Below are positions 43,759-53,368 of a stretch of 64,000 nt of DNA, piece by piece. A program made the position numbers and the translations under genes. The notes under the pieces were generated by a model. It saw only the letters and a program-made list of their open reading frames with translations. It was not told the origin of the DNA and ran no database searches. The stretch comes from Elusimicrobiota bacterium. Lineage in GTDB: Bacteria > Elusimicrobiota > Elusimicrobia > UBA1565 > UBA9628. Within the stretch, counting starts at the first letter, position 1; every line of letters starts with the position of its first letter. The stretch spans positions 46,806 to 110,805 of the forward strand of contig DAHVNA010000001.1 in NCBI GenBank assembly GCA_027319565.1, given 5' to 3'.

Positions 43759-45197
43759 GGGCAGGGAAGATGAAGGGCTTTAAGAGAGTCGCTTTGGGCT
43801 TCTGTGGGGTTGCCGCTAATCTGCTCAAGGCTAGAGAGTGCCTTCCAATTGGAGGCGCGGCAGGGATTTTCTTGGGCGGCTTTTTTCCAATGGCGAATGG
43901 CGCTTAAGAGTTCCAGTTGAGAATGCGGGGATTTCTCTTGGGAGGAGCGAAAATCAATTTCGGCGACCAGTCTTTCAACGTCGGCATCCGGAGCCCAAAG
44001 AAGAGATTTTAGAAATTCTTGGCGGACCTCCGCTATTGGCGCATGACGGTTGAAAAGGGAGATTCCTTCCACCTTAAGTCTTTCTTCATTCCAGCGTGCC
44101 CAGGCCGGCTTAACCAAAATTGCGGTTAGGATTAAGATAAATATTGCCAGAGGAAATCTAAAATTGCCGAGCGGATTTAATTCTGGAGGTTGAGAAACTT
44201 CGGAAGCGGCCAAATAGCAGAAAATAAAAAAGATAGCGGGAACAGAAAGAGAATAGTCCCAAAATCCAAGGATCAAAGCGGCAACAATAGCCAGGCGCTT
44301 CATGGGGGCCTTAGGGAGGATGAGAAAAATTCCTGCCAGAAAAACAATCAGATAGGGCATTCCGCATTCCGCCGCCGTTTGGAGATAAAACTGATGGGCG
44401 TAGATTGAGCGCAGTAAATGCCCTGAGAGTTCAACGGGAATTATATAGGTTAAAACCCCGGGGCCGACTCCGAGCCAAGGCCTTTGGGCGATAGCGCGCA
44501 AGGCCGCCTGCCACCACATCCAGCGATTTTGAAAATCAAAAGCGGGTTTTTTTGCGATTAACACGAGACAGAGAGTGAAGATAAAAAAAGCGAGCAATTT
44601 TATCTTCCGGGGCATTTGCTTTTGAAAAATGAGCGCGGCGGTGGCGAGGCTAAACCATGCCCCGACGCTTTTGGTCGCCAGCAGCATCAGAGTTAAACAC
44701 GCGGCTAAAAATACGCGCTTTTGTTCCCAAGCCAAAGGCAGCAAAAGAACGATAAAGGAAGCAAAGATATTGGCGTTTGGAAAAAAAGAGGCGACTTCTA
44801 AATGCCTAAAAATGAAAATTTGAACGGCGGCGTAGGCGCAGAGAATGTAGACGCTAAAAAAAATCGCTTGGTCAATTTTAGCGCGTGCACTTGGGGAAAG
44901 CGGCGACAAAAGGGGAATAATCCATAGCCCCAAAACAAGAGATCTCCACGCGATTAAAGCTTGCACCGGAATTGGGGAAAGGAAAGCTGAAACAAAAGAG
45001 ATTAGGCTTAGAAATATCGCCCATAGCAATAATGGAATTGGGGGCATTTGAGCAGCATCATTCCAGACGCGCCTTGAAATTTCAATTCCCAGGATTAGAA
45101 CAGCCAAGAAAAAAACAAGAGACGCTTCTTGTTGCGTGATCAGACCGCCGAGAATAGGGCTAAGAGAAAGTAAACCCGCTAGCCAAAGAACAAGCAC
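43755..45197 (-). CDS. O-antigen ligase (Wzy_C) family membrane protein with a TPR-like C-terminal tail
   Basis: 480 aa, about 10-12 TM and a large loop region, with a soluble helical C-terminus. Starts 4 nt after the pilQ stop. Confidence 0.6.
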   Translation of the reverse strand: MLVLWLAGLLSLSPILGGLITQQEASLVFFLAVLILGIEISRRVWNDAAQMPPIPLLLWAIFLSLISFVSAFLSPIPVQALIAWRSLVLGLWIIPLLSPLSPSARAKIDQAIFFSVYILCAYAAVQIFIFRHLEVASFFPNANIFASFIVLLLPLAWEQKRVFLAACLTLMLLATKSVGAWFSLATAALIFQKQMPRKIKLLAFFIFTLCLVLIAKKPAFDFQNRWMWWQAALRAIAQRPWLGVGPGVLTYIIPVELSGHLLRSIYAHQFYLQTAAECGMPYLIVFLAGIFLILPKAPMKRLAIVAALILGFWDYSLSVPAIFFIFCYLAASEVSQPPELNPLGNFRFPLAIFILILTAILVKPAWARWNEERLKVEGISLFNRHAPIAEVRQEFLKSLLWAPDADVERLVAEIDFRSSQEKSPHSQLELLSAIRHWKKAAQENPCRASNWKALSSLEQISGNPTEAQSDSLKALHLPCP

Positions 45198-45200
45198 CGA

Positions 45201-47147
45201 TTAATCAGCCAGAATTTTAGGCGTGACAAAAATTAAGAGCTCATCGCGAGTGCGGACGACGTTTTTGCTCTTAAAGAGCCATCCGAGTATCGGAATATCT
45301 CCCAAGATCGGAACCTTGGCGATTTGATTGGTGACGGAATCGTGAATAAGTCCGCCGATGACGATGGTCTCTCCGTCGCGCACGAGAACGGTTGTTTGGG
45401 CGATGCGAGAGTCAATGGCCGGGGCTCCGGTCGCGGCGTTTCCAGCGACGGTGACGGAGGGTTGGCTGACATTGGGGTTGATAATCAAGGTGATTCTTCC
45501 GTCCGCGTTGATGGTTGGAGTGACCGAGAGCTGAATTCCGGTCGTGACATATGTCACGGTTTGGGTTTGGGTGCCAAGACCTCCGGCGATCACGTTAGCT
45601 GTCACGTAAGGGATTTGGGTTGTGACATTGATGTTGGCGGCTTGATTGTTTAAAGTCGCGATTTTAGGATCGGATAACACTTTAAGTTTTCCTTCTGCGG
45701 CGGCGGCAGAGAGTGTGGCGCTTAAAAACATGCTGTTGGTAATGCGGCCCAAGGTCAATTCCCCAAAAATAGTCGAGGCGGGAAGATTGACTCCTGTTCC
45801 TCTGGCGATGGCGTTGGTGACAGTGGTCATCGCTCCGGAAGTCGGCATGGGCATCACTCCGGTCGCGCCCGCGCCGTTGGTGAGATTGGGGTTGGTGAGA
45901 AAAGGAGTTTGGGTGGTTGAGTTTAAAGAATTGGGCGGGGTAATCGTTCCAATTAAATTCTGTCCGTTTGTGCCTCCAATATTGCTGTTATTGACGCCCT
46001 GATAATCCCATTGGACGCCGAGGTTTAAATTGTTGTTGAGACTCACTTCGACGAGTTTAGTTTCAATGAGGACTTGTTTGGGACGGACGTCTAATTCTTT
46101 AACAAGCCTTTCAGTCGAGGCGACGGCCTCAAGAGGAGCGGTGACGATGAGGGAATTAGTTTTAGCGTCGGCTAACGTCGTGCCTTTAACTCCTTGAGCC
46201 TTGTTGACCGCATTAATTTCCGGAAGAATATCAGAAGCCTTTGTATAGTTGAGCGTCAAAACCTTGGTGACCGTCGCGGCGGTCGCCTGGGATTTTGTCA
46301 AAGCCGAGGGAGTGAGAATCCGCAGAATATCGTTTCCAACCTGCATCGTGGATAAATTCATCATAGCCAGCACGGTTCGAAAGGCTTCGTTAAACGGAAC
46401 ATGAGAGAGGTGAAGAGTGAGGTTGCCGCTGACATCCGGGCCGTAGACGATATTAATTTTAGATTTCGCAGCTAACAGCCGCAATACATCTCGGATATCG
46501 GTGTTGTCGAAATCAAGAGAGATGGGTTCCCGTGGCAGATGGCTGAGAATATCGATTCCCACGTCCGAACCGTGATGGATATGTTTTTTCTTTAAGGCGC
46601 TTCCAACTGCTTCTGGAACCGCGAGCTTGGGAAGAGAAGAGGCCGCGGGATCTAAGGGTAAAGTAGCGGGCGTTCCGGCCACGGGTTCGGTGGCTAAAGA
46701 TAGGCTGACGCTGTCTATCTGCGCCTTGTCTTCTCCAATTAAAACCACGAGTTCTGAACCGTGATTGGTAACGCGGTAGGGCTCTAAATCTTTGAGATCA
46801 AAAACCACCCTGGCGACAGGCATCGGGTGATCTTTAAATTGGGCGATGCGCACGCTTTTGAGATAGCGGCCTTTGCCTTTGAGCCTTTTTTTAGGAGCCG
46901 GATAGCGCGAATTTTGTATTTCGACAACGAGTCTCGGGGGGCTTTTGAGGAGAAAGCTGTCATAAGTTTCCTGATGATTGAGCTTGATTTTAACTTCATC
47001 GGGAGAGAGTCGAACCGATTGAATCGTCGCGATTTCCGCCGCCATGATGATCGTAGGAGAAACAACTTGAAAAATGAGCAGCGTGATCATTAAAACGCGC
47101 TTAATATCGACAGTCCGAGGAAGGGCCATAATTTTTTCTCCATTCAT
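45201..47147 (-). CDS. pilQ: Type IV pilus secretin PilQ
   Basis: N-terminal AMIN-like domain (IQSVRLSPDEVKIKLNHQETYDSFLLKSPPRLVVEI) and a C-terminal secretin domain ending VPILGDIPILGWLFKSKNVVRTRDELLIFVTPKIL. Confidence 0.9.
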   Translation of the reverse strand: MNGEKIMALPRTVDIKRVLMITLLIFQVVSPTIIMAAEIATIQSVRLSPDEVKIKLNHQETYDSFLLKSPPRLVVEIQNSRYPAPKKRLKGKGRYLKSVRIAQFKDHPMPVARVVFDLKDLEPYRVTNHGSELVVLIGEDKAQIDSVSLSLATEPVAGTPATLPLDPAASSLPKLAVPEAVGSALKKKHIHHGSDVGIDILSHLPREPISLDFDNTDIRDVLRLLAAKSKINIVYGPDVSGNLTLHLSHVPFNEAFRTVLAMMNLSTMQVGNDILRILTPSALTKSQATAATVTKVLTLNYTKASDILPEINAVNKAQGVKGTTLADAKTNSLIVTAPLEAVASTERLVKELDVRPKQVLIETKLVEVSLNNNLNLGVQWDYQGVNNSNIGGTNGQNLIGTITPPNSLNSTTQTPFLTNPNLTNGAGATGVMPMPTSGAMTTVTNAIARGTGVNLPASTIFGELTLGRITNSMFLSATLSAAAAEGKLKVLSDPKIATLNNQAANINVTTQIPYVTANVIAGGLGTQTQTVTYVTTGIQLSVTPTINADGRITLIINPNVSQPSVTVAGNAATGAPAIDSRIAQTTVLVRDGETIVIGGLIHDSVTNQIAKVPILGDIPILGWLFKSKNVVRTRDELLIFVTPKILAD

Positions 47148-47148
47148 T

Positions 47149-47661
47149 TTAGCGTTTTTCTCCCTTCATGCGAAGGACTTGCACGTCTCCGTCTCGAGCT
47201 TTTAAATAAACAGTTTTTCGCCGCGGGTCAATATGCCCGGTGACCCCCGGAATCGCTTTTCCCTTGGAATTATAAATTTTGTTTCCTTTTAAAATAAACC
47301 CGGCGCCGTAATTGGCGTCGATGAGAAGGGCAAAACCGGTTTTTTTGCCGACCATGAGCCCTTGGAGGATGAGATTATGAATATTAAAGTCCGCCAGTTT
47401 AAAGGGCCTTTGTGGAGAAGAAGAGCTTCCGGAAGAGGCCTTTCTAAACGGATCTCGGAGACTGGAAGCGGTATAAATCATTGACGGCGTCAGCGTTGGT
47501 TTTGCGGCAACCTGGGTTTTCGGGGCGGGCGGTGGAAGTTTTCCCGCAGTGGCGGATTGAGCCTGGGAAGATTGCTTATTTTGAGCCGGAATTGGAATAG
47601 CTGAGCCTTTCGCATTTCCGATAAAAATTAAGGATAAGGCGAGGGCGATAAAATTTTTCAT
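47149..47661 (-). CDS. pilP: Pilus assembly lipoprotein-like protein, PilP position
   Basis: 170 aa with a signal peptide and a C-terminal beta-domain (LQGLMVGKKTGFALLIDANYGAGFILKGNKIY). Lies between pilO and pilQ. Confidence 0.55.
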   Translation of the reverse strand: MKNFIALALSLIFIGNAKGSAIPIPAQNKQSSQAQSATAGKLPPPAPKTQVAAKPTLTPSMIYTASSLRDPFRKASSGSSSSPQRPFKLADFNIHNLILQGLMVGKKTGFALLIDANYGAGFILKGNKIYNSKGKAIPGVTGHIDPRRKTVYLKARDGDVQVLRMKGEKR

Positions 47662-48212
47662 GTCTTGTATTGATAAGCTAGTAAAATAAAATTGACATGC
47701 ATAAGGCCGGTTTCCGCGTTCGCGGGGCCAAAAGAGACGTCTTGAATATTGAAAATTCTCTTTTTGAGCGCCAGCGCCGCGAAGAATTTGCCGATATCAT
47801 GAAATTGCCCTTCGATTGTAATCGGGTATTGAAGTTCGAAAAAATAAGGTTTAGAGATTTGTTTGCCGGGAGAAAAACTAACGACTGAAATATTATATTG
47901 CTGGGCTAGCCCGCTGAGAGTCACAAGAGTGTCGCCCACGCTTTTCGAATTGGGTATTTGTTTAGAGACTTCGTTTGTTTGTTTGTTGAGCTCATTAAGC
48001 TGGACTTTTAGATGAGGCATCATCATGGATTGCCGCGTTGCGGTCGTAATTTTTGAATTAAGATCGGAGATCTGTTTTTGAAGGTCGGCTTCTTTCTTAG
48101 AAATAGGAACCCAAAAAAAAGCGGTGTAGAGATATCCCAAAGAAGCGACGCACAAGACGGCGGCCAAGAGCATCTTCTGCTGGTTTTGAGACAGCTTGAT
48201 TTTAAGCGTCAT
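47658..48212 (-). CDS. pilO: Type IV pilus assembly protein PilO
   Basis: 184 aa with a single TM, a coiled coil and a ferredoxin-like C-terminus. Operon position fits. Confidence 0.75.
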   Translation of the reverse strand: MTLKIKLSQNQQKMLLAAVLCVASLGYLYTAFFWVPISKKEADLQKQISDLNSKITTATRQSMMMPHLKVQLNELNKQTNEVSKQIPNSKSVGDTLVTLSGLAQQYNISVVSFSPGKQISKPYFFELQYPITIEGQFHDIGKFFAALALKKRIFNIQDVSFGPANAETGLMHVNFILLAYQYKT

Positions 48213-48772
48213 TGGGTATTGTTAGTGTAGAGCGCGGTCAATGTAAAATTATAGGTTTTTTGTTCGGAATCCACCCTTGTAATCGCTCCAAGATCGATAT
48301 TGGAAAATCGCCCGGAGTTTTTAAGGCGGAGCATCCATTCCGCGATATCGTCTTGGGCCGCGGCTTCTGCCGAGATGTTTAATTTAAGAGGAGACATCTG
48401 GCTTCCGCCGCCGGTCGTGCTGAGATTTTTAACCTGGATGTCGAAGGGCACGCTTCTGACAAAGTCAGACATAAAATAAGGGTAAAACGTTCTTCCTTTG
48501 ATCAAGGTCGAGATGACGCTTAAACGCTGTCGAATGGCCTTGGCCTCCGATTCAAGTTTGTCGACTTCAGAGACAATGACTTCGAGCTTTTTAAGTTTCG
48601 CTTGGGCTTCGGATAGGCTCTTTTCCTCTTTAGTCATTTGTGAGTAATGGAACCAAGAGAGAAATAACAGAAACATGCAGGTGGCGGCCGCGGCCAAGGC
48701 CGCGCGGAAAAGAAGTTCCTTTTCTTTGGCCTTTGCCAGTATCTCCGCCGGAACGAGGTTGATTCTAATCAT
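48209..48772 (-). CDS. pilN: Type IV pilus assembly protein PilN
   Basis: The MIRINLVPAEI N-terminus (PilM-binding peptide), a single TM and a coiled coil. Confidence 0.8.
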   Translation of the reverse strand: MIRINLVPAEILAKAKEKELLFRAALAAAATCMFLLFLSWFHYSQMTKEEKSLSEAQAKLKKLEVIVSEVDKLESEAKAIRQRLSVISTLIKGRTFYPYFMSDFVRSVPFDIQVKNLSTTGGGSQMSPLKLNISAEAAAQDDIAEWMLRLKNSGRFSNIDLGAITRVDSEQKTYNFTLTALYTNNTQ

Positions 48773-48787
48773 GAGATTTCATAAAGC

Positions 48788-49987
48788 TCATATCCAATCA
48801 TTGGGTTTGCGCAACGCAAGCCCGATGGCCACGGCAAAAGCCGGGGTGATTTCTTTTGGAATAGACTGGAAATTTTCTATCGCGGCCAGAGGATTGAGAA
48901 CAGAAACAGGGGTTTTAAATTCCAAGCTCAAATAGCGGTCTAAATTTTTAAGGGCGGCGGAGCCCCCCATCAAGACGATGCGGCTGATGACGCGGTCTGA
49001 GCCCTGGGAGAGAAAAAAGTCGACGGAGCGGTGGACCTCGATGGTTAAATCTTTCAAAACGCCCATCAAGGCGTCGGAAATCGCGACGTCTTCTTTGCGG
49101 CCTTCCGCGATGGCCGCGTCTTTCTGCTCGGCATCGAAAAGAAGGGCGTGGGCTCTCTTGAGAGACTCGGCTTGGGCTAGCTCGCAATTAAGGGCCTTCA
49201 TGATGGCCCGCGTAAAGGTTTGTCCCGCGGTGAAAATATCGCGGACAACGCGGGTATTTCCCGCGTCAATAATGGAGAGATTGGTTACGGAATGGCCGAT
49301 GTTTAAGTAGAGGGTCCCGCCGGGTTCCGCGGCGGAGGGATCGAATTGGGTAAAGAGGTTTTCAAGGGCGAAGGAATCGACATCAATGATGCTGGGGTTG
49401 AGGCCGGCCTCCTGGAGAATCTCGACTCGGGATGAAATGATTTCTCTTTTTGCCGCGACTAAAACGGTCTCCATTTTCTTTTGGCCTTCTTCGGCGGCTT
49501 CGCCCAGAATGTGAAAGCCGAATTGGACGTCATTGACGTCAAAGGGAATGAATGGCTCGGCTTCAGTGGTGATAGTGGCCGAAAGTTCCGACTTGGTCAG
49601 AAGCGGGAACTTGACATAGCGGACAATCATCGAGTTTCCGGAGACTGAAGTCGCGGCATATTTATTTTTGATTCCGCTTTGGATTAAAAAAGCGCGCAGG
49701 GCGTTTAGTGTCCCCAGTTTTTTCTCTTCGGGAGATTCCTCGGGTTTATTCTCCAGTGGCAAATACCCCCAGGAGCGCAACATAAACCCCGTTTTGGTGG
49801 GCGATAAAAGGGCGATTTTAACGGCGTAGCTTCCCAGATCGATTGCGAGGAGGCTTTTCCTCGCTTCTATCAAAGATTTGACGCGTTTAATTTGGCTGGA
49901 TGCGGCCGCCGCGATTTTCGCAAATTTTTCTTTAAGGTTCCCTTTTATAGCCGTCTCCTTAATATGAAATAAAAAGCCATACTCCAT
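48788..49987 (-). CDS. pilM: Type IV pilus assembly ATPase-fold protein PilM
   Basis: Actin-like fold motifs LLAIDLGSYAVKIALL, YLNIGHSVTNLSII and LMGGSAALKNL. Confidence 0.88.
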   Translation of the reverse strand: MEYGFLFHIKETAIKGNLKEKFAKIAAAASSQIKRVKSLIEARKSLLAIDLGSYAVKIALLSPTKTGFMLRSWGYLPLENKPEESPEEKKLGTLNALRAFLIQSGIKNKYAATSVSGNSMIVRYVKFPLLTKSELSATITTEAEPFIPFDVNDVQFGFHILGEAAEEGQKKMETVLVAAKREIISSRVEILQEAGLNPSIIDVDSFALENLFTQFDPSAAEPGGTLYLNIGHSVTNLSIIDAGNTRVVRDIFTAGQTFTRAIMKALNCELAQAESLKRAHALLFDAEQKDAAIAEGRKEDVAISDALMGVLKDLTIEVHRSVDFFLSQGSDRVISRIVLMGGSAALKNLDRYLSLEFKTPVSVLNPLAAIENFQSIPKEITPAFAVAIGLALRKPNDWI

Positions 49988-50014
49988 CTAATAAAATTAA
50001 AACCGTATAGACAA

Positions 50015-50043
50015 TTAATAACAGGAATAAAGCGGACTGTCAA
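50015..50043 (-). promoter_or_regulatory. Sigma70-type promoter candidate for pilM
   Basis: Minus strand reads TTGACA (50043-50038), 17-nt spacer, TATTAA (50020-50015), about 28 nt upstream of the pilM ATG. Confidence 0.4.
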
Positions 50044-50105
50044 GACTCTGAGCTTTAAAAAAAATTTGCCGGGGCTTGCCAGCTTTTGCTAAGTTATAAG
50101 CGGAT

Positions 50106-51137
50106 ATGGCACAAGACGCTTTAGCGGTTCAAGGTAGCTACGAAGTCCTCGGCAAAGAATTGTTGCGCCGCATCCATTCCCTGATGGTTGGCGCTCGGGT
50201 AATGGAAGAACGCCTAATCAAGATGTCCAAAAGCGGGGATGGCTTTTTTTGGATTGGAGGCCCGGGGGAAGAGGCCTTTAACGTTCCCTTGGGGCTTCAG
50301 GTCAAAAAGGGAAACGGGCTTGAATTTGATTATCTCCATCTCCACTACCGCTCCAGCGCGATTCTTCTGGCGATGGGAGCAAAGCCCATTGATTCGATAC
50401 GCCAAATGCGTTCGGTTGCGACAGACCCTTATTCCAAGGGCCGCAATTTCGTCAATCACGCCGCGATTCCCGAATGGAACGTTGTTCCGATGTCTCCGAC
50501 CATTGAAACCCAATACTCGACCGTCATCGGGACCGGCATCGCCCAAGCTAGAATTAAAACTGATGCTATTTCTATCGTCAACGGCGGCGATGGGGGAACG
50601 GCTGAGGGAGATTTTCATTCTTGTTTAGTATGGAGTAATCGTCCGGCGCTTCCGCTTCCGATTCTCATCATCGTGGTCAATAACGGCTACGCGATTTCAA
50701 CCGCAGAATCAACCCAGCACGGCGAACGCCAAATTTCCGATTGGGGCCGCGTTTTTAATATGGCGGCAAAAACGATTAACGGTAATGACCCGGTCGAATC
50801 TTACCTGGCCATTAAAGAGGCGATGGCCTATTGCCGCAAGGAGCGCAAACCCTATTTGTTAGAGGCGAAAACCAGTCGCTTAAACGGGCATTCCTCTTCT
50901 TCCGGAGCCAATCGCGTTCAAGAGCCGGATTGCATCGCTCTTTTTGAGGCGGAGCTTAAAAAACGCGGTTTAATGACGCAGGAAGAAATTGCCCGCGTGT
51001 GGGATGAGGCCGTTAAGGCCATTGATCGCGATCAGCAGCAGGTCAAAACCGAGCCCTTTCCCAAGCCGGAAACGATTTGGGAAGACGTCTTTGCCGAGGG
51101 CCTGCCCGAATCTTATCCGACCAAGGGGGGAAGCTGA
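50106..51137 (+). CDS. 2-oxoacid dehydrogenase E1 component, alpha subunit (TPP-binding)
   Basis: 343 aa. GGDGGTAEGDFHSCLVWS...LPILIIVVNNGYAIST is the TPP-binding motif region. Confidence 0.88.
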   Translation: MAQDALAVQGSYEVLGKELLRRIHSLMVGARVMEERLIKMSKSGDGFFWIGGPGEEAFNVPLGLQVKKGNGLEFDYLHLHYRSSAILLAMGAKPIDSIRQMRSVATDPYSKGRNFVNHAAIPEWNVVPMSPTIETQYSTVIGTGIAQARIKTDAISIVNGGDGGTAEGDFHSCLVWSNRPALPLPILIIVVNNGYAISTAESTQHGERQISDWGRVFNMAAKTINGNDPVESYLAIKEAMAYCRKERKPYLLEAKTSRLNGHSSSSGANRVQEPDCIALFEAELKKRGLMTQEEIARVWDEAVKAIDRDQQQVKTEPFPKPETIWEDVFAEGLPESYPTKGGS

Positions 51138-52195
51138 TGGCCAATATGGCTCAGGCCATTCGTCTGGCCCTTCACTACGGCGAGGAAAATCTCGGGGTCA
51201 AGGAGATTTTTGGCGAAGATGTCGGCGCGCCTTTGGGCGGTGTTTTTACCGCGACCCAAGGGCTTAAAAACGCTTGGAATTCTCCGTTGGATGAGCGCGG
51301 CATCGTCGGCGCGGCTCTGGGGCTTGCATGGGCGGGTTCTCGCCCGGTCGCTGAAATCCAATTTGTCGATTATATCTTCAATGTCATTGATTTGTTAAAA
51401 CTCTGCGGGAATGCCCACTGGACTTCCGCTGGCAGATATAAAACTCCGATGGTCTTGATGACTCCCACGGGATCGGGCATTCACGGCTCGGTCTACCACT
51501 CCCACTCTTTCGATTCCATTGCCTCGAAAATCCACGGCATGAAGGTGGTTTGTCCCTCAACTCCTATAGACGCATATGGTCTTATGATTGCTTCTATCAA
51601 AGATGATAATCCGGTTTTGTTCCTGAAGCCGAAGGCTCTCTTGCGCACCAAGGGGGAAGAGTTAATTCCCGGCGAACCTGCCGATGAGAAAGAGCTTAAG
51701 GCCGCTATTGACGCTCCAATTGGCGACCGCAGCCAGTGGAAGCCGAATTGGCCCAAGGTTCAGGAATACACGGTTCCCATTGGAAAAGCCAAAATTTCTA
51801 AGCCCGGCAAGGATGCGACCGTTGTCACGCATGGCCGCCTGGCCCCCATCGCTCTTGAGGCCGCCAAGGAGATGTTGTCTGCTGGAGAAGGCGATGTCGA
51901 AGTCATCGACATGCGTTCCCTGATTCCGTATGACTGGGCCGCCATTCGCGATTCAATTCGCAAGACCGGGCGAGTTTTGTTTTTGAATGAAGAGACGGAG
52001 ATTTCTAATTTTGGCGAGCATTTGTTTCGCCGGACTGTTGACGAATTGTTTTACGAATTAAAAACCCGCCCGCGTCTTCTCTGCGGGAAAGCGACCCCGG
52101 GAATCAGCTTGTCTCCCAATCTCGAATATTTCACCGTCCCTCAGAAAGCGGATGTTTTGCGCGGCATTCGAGAGCTTCTCTCCGAAGAAGCGTAA
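51137..52195 (+). CDS. 2-oxoacid dehydrogenase E1 component, beta subunit
   Basis: MANMAQAIRLALHYGEENLGVKEIFGEDVG..GGVFTATQGL, PLDERGIVGAALGLAWAGSRPVAEIQF. The ATG at 51137 shares 1 nt with the alpha-subunit stop. Confidence 0.9.
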   Translation: MANMAQAIRLALHYGEENLGVKEIFGEDVGAPLGGVFTATQGLKNAWNSPLDERGIVGAALGLAWAGSRPVAEIQFVDYIFNVIDLLKLCGNAHWTSAGRYKTPMVLMTPTGSGIHGSVYHSHSFDSIASKIHGMKVVCPSTPIDAYGLMIASIKDDNPVLFLKPKALLRTKGEELIPGEPADEKELKAAIDAPIGDRSQWKPNWPKVQEYTVPIGKAKISKPGKDATVVTHGRLAPIALEAAKEMLSAGEGDVEVIDMRSLIPYDWAAIRDSIRKTGRVLFLNEETEISNFGEHLFRRTVDELFYELKTRPRLLCGKATPGISLSPNLEYFTVPQKADVLRGIRELLSEEA

Positions 52196-52217
52196 TAAAA
52201 ATTCTCGCCGCCGGGCG

Positions 52218-52622
52218 CTACGCCACGCGCCAAGGCCTATAGGAGTCGGCGTTTCCGGTGGCGCCGTCAATTCCCATAATTTTTGCGATCTCGCCGCGAA
52301 GCTTCGGCCCATCAAAGGGTTTTGTGATATAGGCGCGGGCACCGATTTCTAGCGCGCTTTTGGCGATTTCAATATCGTATTCGCCGGTGAGCATTAAGAC
52401 GATCACGCTGGGATCGGCCTTAAGGGCAGCCTGAAGGACGGCGATTCCGCTTATTTCCGGCATCGCGATATCTAATAAAATCAACTTGGGTTTTTGGGTT
52501 TCAATCCTAAGCAGGGCTTCTTTCCCGTTGGAGGCTTCTGAAATTTCGCCGAGTCCCGAAAGAAGAATGCGCAAGGTTTCCCGAATCTCGGCGTTGTCGT
52601 CGACAATTAGAATGGAGCCCAT
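52218..52622 (-). CDS. Single-domain response regulator (CheY-like receiver)
   Basis: ILIVDDN...LILLDIAMPEISG...YITKPF. 134 aa with no output domain. Confidence 0.85.
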   Translation of the reverse strand: MGSILIVDDNAEIRETLRILLSGLGEISEASNGKEALLRIETQKPKLILLDIAMPEISGIAVLQAALKADPSVIVLMLTGEYDIEIAKSALEIGARAYITKPFDGPKLRGEIAKIMGIDGATGNADSYRPWRVA

Positions 52623-52700
52623 GTAAGGTTTCAGCCTCCAAGAAAAGTATAGCAGTATCCAGTCAAGCCGTCCACCGCGAAAGTCCTGTCAGATGCGCCA

Positions 52701-53072
52701 TTATTCCCCGAGAATGTTGATATCAACGGAATCGACGGGCTTGCAGGCTTTTGAGCAGGTATAAAGCTGGACATGGGATGTACACTCCGCTCCGGTTAGA
52801 AAATTCTGAAATTCCCAGAGAAAGGCTCGGAGGGTGAAAGCGTAATATCCCTTGGAATCGGTCGCGACGGTTTTTTCATCCTCGATTTTTTCGCTGATTC
52901 TGTCTGTTCGGTCGCATTCCTTGATGATTTGTCCCTTAATGGTTAACGGTTGACCGTTTTTGAGCGTCGCTTGTCCACTTTCCTTTTGCCAATAAAGGCG
53001 CGGGTAGACGATGCACCCTGAAAAAACCAGGCACAGAAAAACGGGCCAAGGCCTCAGATTTTTCCGTTCCAT
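52701..53072 (-). CDS. Hypothetical lipoprotein
   Basis: Lipobox LVFSGC after a signal sequence. 123 aa. No family recognised. Confidence 0.45.
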   Translation of the reverse strand: MERKNLRPWPVFLCLVFSGCIVYPRLYWQKESGQATLKNGQPLTIKGQIIKECDRTDRISEKIEDEKTVATDSKGYYAFTLRAFLWEFQNFLTGAECTSHVQLYTCSKACKPVDSVDINILGE

Positions 53073-53368
53073 CCTTCTTCCTTTAACAAGGCCGCTTTTT
53101 TCTTGACTCCGCCCGGCGCGGAAAACCCCGTCAATTTTCCGGTGGCGCTGATAACGCGGTGGCAGGGAATGATCGGCGAAAACGGATTTTTAGCCAAGGC
53201 TTGGCCAACGGCCCTGGCCGCGCGCGGTTTTTTTATCTTTTTTGCGATCCAGCCGTAGCTGCGCGCTTGTCCCTTGGGAATCTCGGCGCAAGCTTTCCAG
53301 ACGGACTGGTAAAAAAGAGGGTAGCTTGCCATTTTTTTTAGAATCGCCTTGGGTATTTTGGGTTTCAT
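53054..53368 (-). CDS. MGMT-family (methylated-DNA-protein-cysteine methyltransferase DNA-binding domain) protein
   Basis: 104 aa with IPKGQARSYGWIA and the active-site context IIPCHRVI. Confidence 0.8.
   Translation of the reverse strand: MKPKIPKAILKKMASYPLFYQSVWKACAEIPKGQARSYGWIAKKIKKPRAARAVGQALAKNPFSPIIPCHRVISATGKLTGFSAPGGVKKKAALLKEEGWNGKI

Noticed and set aside
50065-50081. Sigma54-like TGGCA...GCA string on the minus strand upstream of pilM
   Set aside because: The GG-to-GC spacing is one nucleotide short of the -24/-12 consensus, and the -12 element lacks the TTGC context. A well-spaced sigma70-type promoter lies closer to the gene.
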